DNA from: Octopus vulgaris
Lineage: Eukaryota
NCBI GenBank assembly: GCA_951406725.2
Contig: OX597820.1
Coordinates: 40,734,001 to 40,798,000, forward strand
DNA: 64,000 nt
Direction of reading: 5' to 3'
Each line of letters begins with the position of its first letter. Within the stretch, counting starts at the first letter, position 1. The notes below the pieces were generated by a model. That model saw nothing but the letters and a program-made list of their open reading frames with translations. It did no database searches and had not been told where the DNA came from. Of the stretch, positions 53,573 to 64,000 are shown one piece after another. The position numbers were made by a program, and so were the translations under genes.

Positions 53573-53886
53573 AACAAACATATACATATGTATATAATAT
53601 ATATATGAATATATGTGTATCTTTATATATATGTATAGATATTTGTTCACAAACACACACACACATATATATATATGAGTGTATGTATATGCATACACTC
53701 ACACACACGCACAAACACGCACAGATACATATTTATATATATTCTATATCAATACGCTTCTAATGACGTATTTAAAACATTTTTTTAGTTTCCAAATTTC
53801 ATTTTTTATTTTGTATATGAATGTGTGTATCCACGCGCGTGTGTGTAAGTATATACATAGACAATGATATATGTATATGTATATGC

Positions 53887-53952
<66 letters not shown>

Positions 53953-54269
53953 ACATACATATATATATATGTATATACATGTGTACATATACATATATAT
54001 ATATATATATGTATGTATATGTATCTATATGTATATACAGGTATATATACATATATGTTTATATATAATACACAAATATAGGGTCGTAGGGGATGTAATT
54101 TTTTTCTCTCATTCAAATACCGAAGAGCAAAAAAAAAAAAAGTGGGAAAAAATTATTACTTAGAGTCACAACTTGGAATGTAAAACGTCACAAAATCATA
54201 TTCTTCAGTTTTTTTCATGTTTTCTCTTATATTTTCTTTCACTCACACATTGTCTTATATATTTATATA

Positions 54270-54326
<57 letters not shown>

Positions 54327-54753
54327 ATATATATATATATGTATAGTTTCTCCATATCGTCAACCATTATGACAACATTACATCATAAACATTATTGTTT
54401 TAATTAGGGTTATTTCACGTAGTTAAAATATCAACGCTGTGGGGGTTTTCTTTCTTTTAAATTTGTTTTTTTTTCTTTTTTATGAGTTTCTTGTTTTTAT
54501 TCTTCTTAATATTAATATTTTTTTTTCTTTCTTTTCTGTTTAACACAAACAGAGATAATGGCCATTGATTCAAAGAAATATTTCTTAGTATACACACGTA
54601 TATGTGTTTGGGGAGAAAGAGACAAACGTAGAATGACGGAGAAAAAGAGTGTTGAATAGATGGGCGAAAGCGGTGGATAGATAGATAAGTAGATAGAGAG
54701 ACTGATAAACAGACAGTCAGACTGACATATAGAGAAATAGACAGACAGACAAG

Positions 54754-54836
<83 letters not shown>

Positions 54837-55345
54837 TGAAATACGAGGGGGCGATCTTTTTAGAGGGACAAAATACATCATATAAATAATTTGGAAGATT
54901 GAAAGACCAAAACAAAGCAAAGAGAAAAAAACGTAAAAAAAAACGAAGAGAAATAAGGATTTGTTTTCATTATAGCTAGTCATATGGATTTTAGATGTTC
55001 ACATGCAAATAAGATTTCGTAAACATATATTGTTCTCAGATACGCAGCTCCCCCCACACATCTCACTATGTATGTATACACACACACAAATATATATACG
55101 TGCATACATACAATCATGCATGCATGCATACATACATACATACGTACGTACGTACATACATACATACATACATACATACATACACACGTACACATACATA
55201 CATACATGTTTGTGAATGTACTTCCGTCTCTGTCTGTGAATGTAAATGCCCCTTTGTAAGTGTTTTAGCATGTATAACGATGCTGTACTATTTTCTAGCA
55301 TCTAATATATATGTATCTTCCAGAGCATCTTTAAATAGTCACATG

Positions 55346-55390
<45 letters not shown>

Positions 55391-55719
55391 TGTGTGTGTA
55401 CACTGCAAAGTTATTACAAAACTGCTACTCAGAGACTCACGTTCCCGTTCGTCAAAACAGTTGTGATGAAAATTTTGGTATTGTAGTACTATTTGTTTCG
55501 CCTTTATTATCACTTGTGTTCACCTGTGTATATATACATGTCTGTGTGTGCGTACATACACGCACAATTCCATGGATCAAGTCTCCATACCTGAGGCCGA
55601 TTCACATCATAATAGTTGGAAAGAGGTTTACCAGGAAGTGTTCCGTGTTTGATGCTATAAGGTATGCACCAACAGAAGTTGCACAGCCCTTCTTCGGAAA
55701 CTAGCCGCTGATATGTCAG

Positions 55720-56420
55720 TACATTCTATGCATAACTATGTATCTAGAAGTCTTCAAAATAACAGAGACATTGACAAACCAGAATATTCTATGCTAGGTA
55801 TACAACCGGGATATTAGCTTTCACTTCGAAGGATATGCTTTTGCAACACAAGTCCAGGAAATATCCAAAAAATATGAGGCGCAAGGAAGTAGTGATGCAG
55901 AAAATAGCAACAAAATGTGACATTATATTCAGGCTTTATGGAATTGACACTGAAGAAGTCACCCAATACATTAGTAGCTGCCCGAAATTGTCCTCATGGC
56001 ATTACTTACTTATGAGACATGATGTGGCTGGAACACTAGATAGCGAACCTCATACAGAGGATGATACTGATAAGTCAAACGTAAAAAGCTACAGTGACGC
56101 GGTGGGCATAACCAGACCTAGTTCGAAAGAATATTCGAAGCATGCCCCTGTCAAATCTTCGGTAAAATTCAAGTACATTAGACTAGACATACTTATGTGG
56201 GAGTACGAAAGAAATTATTTCAACAGTAGTTGAAATAATTTACCTTAGGGATATCGATAGAATGTTAAATGTTTGTAGAAAAGAGAACACTTATGCCAAA
56301 ATGATAGGAAATCTGTAATACGCCATTCTGGCTATTATTTGAAATTTCTACCTATATATATATTAGTGTACTTGGCTAGAAGATTATAGATACAATCTGC
56401 CAAATGTACTGGTCAACCTG
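55720..56420 (+). mobile_element. R4/Dong-like LINE C-terminal remnant (CCHC and restriction-like endonuclease region)
   Basis: FRLYGIDTEEVTQYISSCPKLSSWHYLLMRHDVAG and IRLDILMW resemble the CRxC..E...HI.S.C..L....Y..RHD and RPD motifs. Confidence 0.65.
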
Positions 56421-56508
56421 AGGTTATGATAGGAGCCAGTCGGCCATTGCGCCAAGCAGCAGTATTGAAACTCGACTACGTTTTCGACAGGCAAACTTCT
56501 TACCCAGT

Positions 56509-56539
<31 letters not shown>

Positions 56540-58190
56540 TACATAAATACATACATACATACATACATACATACATACATACATACATACATACATACAT
56601 ACATACATACATACATACATACATGCATAACTATATTATATATATATATATGATAGCTACTGAAATTGTGCATGAATGTGCATATGTACGAATACTTGTG
56701 TGCTTTTGTGTGTTTATGTTTGTCTACAAAGTTGATGCCAAATTGTAATGTGATAAATACATTTGAGAAAGAGCACGTCAATATTCCTCGTAACGAATAG
56801 TTAGTTCCTTCCTTAAACTATACAGAACAGTTCTCGTCAGATAATGCAATGGTTGCCAAATTTTATTTGGCAAGTAATTTTAGCCATGCTACCTAAGAAG
56901 TCAAATAGGGGGCTATCCTAGACATTTGATCGATTCATGAGTCACTGCTTGCATTCCTGTCCAAAGCTAGCCAACATTAGACAGCTGTTTTAATCAACAT
57001 CGTATTGTAGGCAATTTGTGGTCATTTTTCTCGTTTAGTTCTGATGTGAATGTAGCGTATATTGTAATTATCTGTCTTTCAGATCTTCTACTAAGTTGAT
57101 AGTACTTCCGAGATAATTTCACCTCTTACTCGTCATGGTCAGATATTCATTGCATCACATTTATTTCCCTCTCTCTGAGAAGTTGCTAAATATGTACCAT
57201 TTATATATAGGAGAAACCGACTAAACTGCCATAAAATTTTCCAAGTAATAAACTTTAGTCTGTACCTATATGCTCATCATTACAATTGACTATATTAATT
57301 CATATATAAAATTAGCTGCAAAATGTTAGAATATGCAATAGTTTTTGCTTTTTTCGCAAAACAAAAAGAAAAATTATATTAACAGCTTTTAAATTGTGGT
57401 ATTGCGTTGCAATAAATTGAATGCCGAAATAAATTGAATCTAGTTGTTTCTTCGGAACGGTTTAAGGATTATATAAAATAAAAAATATATGTCTCAATAC
57501 GAACTTCAAGGGGAAAAAATCATAATAATATGCATACATACGTTTATTTATTCATAAATAAATACATACATGTATATGTATATATCTATCCATACATTCA
57601 TATATACGTAGATGCATAGATACATACATACGTTCATACATACGTACATACATACATACATACATATCTATTAAATAATTTTAGTGCGCTCTACCACGTT
57701 TGAAATGCGATGCATATTTTCTAAAACGTTCTGTATTATACCAATTAATTAATCCCCAGTTGCTGTGCATGCGCTTTTAAGTGTACTAAACAAACCATTT
57801 TATACACTATAATTTATTAATTTCCTTGTGAATCAGAGTTTGGATAATCTTTCCCTAATGAAGTTCAATCAAGGCTAAAAATAGTTAGATCGATATTTTC
57901 TGTGGGGTTTTTTTCTGATAAGAGAAAGATTAACACAGATGCGTAACCTTAAGTTTACCTTTATATATACAAACATACATTTATGCAGATATGTATTTAC
58001 ATACACACATATGTAGGTACGTATATATATATATATATGTATGTCTGTATATACATACATACATACATAGATATCCATGTATATATGTGTTCCAGAGAAG
58101 CGGGGATCGTAGATGACGAAGTAACTAAAACTAATGTACTCAGCAGCAGCAGCAGCAGCAGCAGTAGCAGTAGTAGTAGTGGTAGTAGTA

Positions 58191-58254
<64 letters not shown>

Positions 58255-58273
58255 CTGTTATGTAATTGTTAGT

Positions 58274-58490
58274 AATAATCCTTTCTACTGAAGGCACAAG
58301 GCCTGAAGTTTGTGTTGGGGGACTAGTCAATTACATCAACCGCAGTGCGTAACTGGCACTTATTTCAGCAACCCCGAAAGGATGAAAAGCAAAGTTGACC
58401 TCGGCAGAATTTGAACTCAGACCGTGGCGGCAGACGAAATACCGCTGAGCATTTGCCCGGCTTGCTAACGATTCTGTCAGCTTGCTGCTT
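58274..58490 (-). mobile_element. SINE family A variant (alternative tail)
   Basis: Colinear head and core; tail CCTTTCTACTGAAGGCACAAGGCC as read on the + strand. Confidence 0.88.
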
Positions 58491-59474
58491 TATAAAGGTT
58501 AGTACTAATATGTATCGAGGTAGTTTATAACCATGTGGTCATGTGTGGAAAAAAAAAACGAATGACGGGTTGAATATAAAGGAGGTGTTGAATGAAGATT
58601 TATTGTCGGTCTATTTACTTTTATGCCTTGCTGACGATCTTGTTGATGACGTTGATGACGTTATGGATCGTGGTTGTGGTGTTGTTGCTATTTTATACTT
58701 GCAGTGTTGGTAAGCTAGCAGAAACAGTCTACAAACGAAGTAAAATGAAAAAATCGGGCACGTGGACCACAGTTGCGATGCTGATAACGATCTATGTATT
58801 TGTCTATGGTCTATTGGTAGTAAAGTAATGGATGATTTTAACATGGCCAGTCAGAATTAAGAACGTAATGCCCTATCTTACCCTCGTCCCTTCACTCCTA
58901 ATGGGATTATAGAAAAACCCAACACCAGGGTGTTTTGGGGGGACATCTAAAGCTAGCAGAACCCTTCCCTCTCCAGATTTGGTCATAAACGATTTTTCCT
59001 GATAGAAAGAGAAAACGCGAAGACAAGCCCAATACTAAGCAGGTATTTTATTGATCTCGAAAGGGTAATTGGCATAGCTGACTTTCGTATTCTAAAGGAT
59101 GAATTTCAATGCTACTAATTCGCCATCAACTAATGTACATATTAATCATTAAATAAGAATGATTAGTCCCTTGGTAAGAAAATATAGGAATTAGAGTTGT
59201 ATGAAATGTATTATATGACTGATTATATGACCTTCCCATCACCATTTGGAGGTTATAACAATATCTAAGTGTCAAGTCACTTTGTTTCAATTATCTGCTA
59301 TTGTCATTAGCGTTGTTAAATTGTTAATAATTTCTTACAAATTCAATAATTTTTTATTTTTCTACTTCTGATTCTTATTGAAGATGCTGTTATTACTGCT
59401 TTTCTCTCCTGATTTCTTCAGTTTTAAAAAAAAATTTTTACTTCTCATGTTTTTGAGCTTACATGTATACATAC

Positions 59475-59520
<46 letters not shown>

Positions 59521-61225
59521 GTAAGTAGCGGCAGGAGTCTTAATTATATATCTATCAATATTAACTTTTCTCATTGGCATTCCATTAAAAAAATGTCATT
59601 GTAAATGTACAACAGCTTACTACTACTACTAGTTGTAGTAGTAGTAGTAGTGACAATGGCATTTCCTTTATTATCAACACCATCATTATCATTAATATTA
59701 ATTAAAACATTCGTATTGCAATTATTACAAAAAGATTTTTGTTGTTGATAATAGTGTTGAATATGCGATAACACATTCGTTAGACATTTTTTGCTTTTTT
59801 TGGGGTTATTCTTTTGCAAATTTTTCATATAATTCTTTCCTCCGTCAACCTTATGGCAATAACAAAGAAATCGTCCCCATCGCCGTACGTGTCGTCGTCG
59901 TTGTCATCATCATCATCGTCATCGTCGTCATCGTCATCATCGTAAGAATTATCTAGATTCCATTTTACCATTCTATATTTTCGCAATGTTTTCTATCCCC
60001 GGGGATTTCAGTAGTCTTTAACACGAGCATCCTTCTGAATAAAGAAGCATATATATATATACACCTGTTTCTGTATTGATACATATATGAGTATATACAT
60101 ATGGGTATACATATGTTTGTATTTATATCTATATGCATATAAACATATATGTGTGCGTATGTGTGTGTTTGTCTATGGATACGTTGGCACGTATGTATGT
60201 ATACGTGTGTGTATGCATGCCAAAGTATGGATTTATGAGTGAGACGAACGTGTATGTATTTTCAATCGATTTTTTGCTAATTAGGTGTAAATTTACTCAA
60301 ATATAGCTTCCATTCTTTGATAAACTTCTACCAACAACTCAAACATTCACATAAAAATTACAAAGCTTCAAAAGCACGCAAACACGAATACACCTTCACA
60401 TATACATACGCTGAGCAACAATTAGATACACACATGCTTTTACAGATAACTTTCTCGACTTATTCAATGTAGATCTCAACCTCGAACATATCCATTTTCC
60501 ACTGTACACATTCAAGCATTCACAAACAACCACACACACACACATGCACACGCACACTGACTCACTCACTCACACAAACACACATACAGATATATGTATA
60601 TATATATACAAACATATATGCATATACATAAACATATAACCACAAACAACCACACACACACACACACACACACGCACATATATATATATGTACGTATGCT
60701 TGTATCTGTGTGTATGTATATACACTTATATACATACGTATATATGTGTACATGTGTATATGTACAAACATATATCTACATTAGTAGATACGTATATACA
60801 TATATACTTATCATTATACACACACACATACATATATAGATAGATAGATTGATAGATAGATATACATACATACATATATACATACATACACACAGATGCT
60901 ATATTCTTGTACGAATTGTTATTCTTAAGTGTGCATGTATAGGTGAGTTTGTATCTGTATATAGATAAGTAAAGTTAGTGTAATATTTATATCAAATTAT
61001 ATATATAAAGTAATTTCTGAGTTAGTTGAATCTATTCAATAGAGAGAATCTTCTCTCTATCGCACTCTCATACTCACGCTGTACACGTAATTATGTATGT
61101 ATGAATGTGTGTACACATTAGTGGAGGTGTGCGTCTAGATGAATGAAATAGGCATATATATATATATATTTATATATATATATGTTTGTGTGTATGTATA
61201 TGTATACATACAGACACACACAATT

Positions 61226-61267
<42 letters not shown>

Positions 61268-61650
61268 TCACATACATGTATGTTTGAATGCATACATGAA
61301 AAAAAAAACTTAAAGGTGAAAATAGAGAAAGCCATACAGACGTTGACAGACAAATACGGCATAAATATTTTAAATATTGGATTTTATCGCTTAGTAATGG
61401 GGCTGTGGGCATAAAAATTTGCTATATCCGTGTGCTTTAAAAACATTATATGAGACATTAAATCAAGAAATAGTAATAAAAAGAGTGGGGTGGAGAAAGA
61501 GAGAATGATTAATGACAACGCAAGAAGGTTAGAGAATGAATCTTGGAATACATGGCCGATTATCTCCGTAAGGTTGGCGAGATCTTCATATTTTCTTATT
61601 CCCTCTTTTCTATCAGTCTTACAACCGCCATGCATATCACGCCGGTTTCG

Positions 61651-61758
<108 letters not shown>

Positions 61759-62437
61759 TATATGCTGATTTATTATTCTTTTTTTGTTTCTGTTAAATAT
61801 ATCTCAAATATAGGTTAAATATTTTTTTATATATATATTAGCGTTTTATCTTTGTTTTTTTTTTTCTTTTCATTTAAATTTAATTTTTTTTTTTGTAATA
61901 TATTTCCATGAATAAATTTATTTTAAATTTTTTATTTATTTATTATTATTTTTTTTTATTATTATTTTTTGTGAAGTGTCTAATGATGTGTGGATGTATC
62001 CAGTTGGCAAGGAGACGCTTAGTTCTGTTGTAATAATAGTTGCTCTAGTTCATCAGCCGATCTATATAGAAATGCCGCCGACTCTCTGTAGCCAGCTATA
62101 AGCTGTTTTATAGTTGCCACTTCACTGGGGCTGAGTTGATTTTTGGAATTCTGTTTCTTCATACTCAGATCTGTTGGGCCTGCAAAAATAAAATATAGTA
62201 ATTAAGAAACAGCTACATTTGGAAATGAAAAATAAAATATACACAATAAAAAATATCTTATATGTATCAATCAAAATTTGAGAAGCGCATAGTTTGAATG
62301 CCTGTCGAAGATTGTTGACCATTTTGCCCCGTCTTCTAAAAAGGTAGTTACTCGATTCTATAAGGTGTCCTCACAGCCTACACGTGCTGGCGAATTTCCT
62401 TTATTTTCTGTATATGTTTGTGTGTGTGTGTGTCTCG

Positions 62438-62579
62438 TAAGAAGCTTGCTTGCTAACCACATGGTTTCGGGTTCAGTTCCACTCCGTGGCACCTTGAGCA
62501 AGTGTCTTCTATTATAGCCTCGGGCGAATCAAAGCACTTGTGAGTGGATTTGGTAGACGGAAACTGAAAGAAGCCCGTC

Positions 62580-62635
<56 letters not shown>

Positions 62636-62845
62636 TTGTGTGTCTGTGTTTGTCCCCCACCATCGCTTAACAACCAATGTCGGTGCGTTTTCGTCCCCGT
62701 AATGTAGCGGTTCGGCAAAAGAGACTGATAGCGTAAGTACTAGGCTTACAAAGAATAAGTCTTCGGGTTGATTTGTTCGACTAAAGCCGGTGCTCCAGCA
62801 TGACCGGAGTCGAATGAATGAAACAAGTAAAAGAATAAAAGAATA
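62438..62845 (+). mobile_element. SINE family B lacking the first ~20 bp
   Basis: Starts GTAAGAAGCTTGC; remainder colinear with other B copies. Confidence 0.92.
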
Positions 62846-63108
62846 TATTTGATTAATGCGAGAGACGGAAGATGGAAGATACGAAAAGTTTTATTGATCA
62901 CTACTATTGTTTCAAGCCATCTAGAATCTTTCATCCTCTGTCACTCACGTTAATCAAATACCCAATGAACACTGAGCCAGTGAACGTGTATTATCGCAAA
63001 ACTACCAGGTATATACCATACCATTTATTGACATATATATATATATATATATAAATATATATATATGTATATGTATATATGTATGTATATATATATGTAT
63101 ATATATAT

Positions 63109-63305
63109 CATGATAGATCGCTAGCCACTATACCTTCTTCTATTTTCTCTCCCTGTTTATTTCTGTGTTCCTTTCTGTCGAAGAGCGTAGGCTCGAATCG
63201 TAAAATGACTTTCTCACTTCCCGAGCGTTAAACTAACACATCTGTTTGTTGTTTACACACTCGTCTTCGTCTTTTCTTTTTTTTTTTTTTGGTAAATTCT
63301 TACTA
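63109..63305 (+). mobile_element. ~190-bp (TA)n-embedded element with hammerhead-like motif, copy 3
   Basis: CTTT-CTGTCGA-A-GAGC-GTAG-GCTC-GAAT-CG-TA at 63171-63202. Confidence 0.8.
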
Positions 63306-64000
63306 TATATATATATATATATACGACGTGTTTCTTTCAGTGTGTGTGTGTGCGCGCGCACACCCACGCGTATAGACACTCATATACGCAACTGTATAAC
63401 GTATGTTTCTGACATATGATACACATATCTGTATATATGTATATATACATATTCACATATATCCATAAATCTATATAAATAAGAATACATCAAACATACA
63501 TGCACAAAATATTAACGAATCCCTACGTAATCGCAACTTTCAATATATCTAACCATCAATATTTGTATGTGTACACATCATATCCTTTGAGCAAACTGCT
63601 ATTATACAACAATCAATAAATAAATATGCGTGTGAGTGTCAGAAAGCGATACTCAGACAGAAGGAAAACGTAGGAGAATAGAGAAAGTCATCTTTCTGTT
63701 TGTCTCTAAATTTCTACATCTCACAGATCCTAATTGGACAAAATTAAAAACCCTCCCGGCAAATATTTCCCAGCTCTCCTTCACATCTTTCCCATTCCTG
63801 TGACAATGCTTCTCTTGTTCTTTAGAAGACAGAAAAAAAATGAATATAAAACATAGATCCACAGCTATATTCAACCAATCTTCAGCCACACTTCACGTCT
63901 GGGGTCCATTTTGCCTCTCTATTTCCACTGGTTTCGTTCCCTTTATTCTTCTTTACCTTCCGCTCGTTTGCTCGTTCATATATTTCAAACCGATTTCTTA

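Noticed and set aside
63650-64000. Non-repetitive sequence at the right edge, possible regulatory region or exon
   Set aside because: No recognisable motif, splice structure or protein similarity visible

Overview
AT-rich, microsatellite-saturated eukaryotic DNA. The SINE families and repeat load look like a coleoid cephalopod, probably Octopus (inference). I see no host protein-coding gene, and nearly all listed ORFs are translated microsatellites. The window holds three tRNA-derived SINE families (called A, B, C here), two Penelope-like elements, Tx1/L1-clade fragments including ORF1-only elements, RTE and R4/Dong LINE fragments, a decayed Gypsy element, mariner, maT, hAT and piggyBac transposons or MITEs, and a Helitron 3' end. 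The most interesting signals are: (1) three structurally distinct type-I hammerhead ribozyme motifs, namely a canonical one, one with a greatly expanded stem II, and a three-copy ~190-bp (TA)n-embedded element with a shared A6U core variant; (2) ORF1-only Tx1-like elements inserted into SINE tRNA heads that share their 3' tail with SINE A; (3) a 34-bp minisatellite derived from a SINE B segment; (4) two templated-insertion or inversion scars. All alignments and folds were done by eye, so boundaries of decayed elements are approximate.
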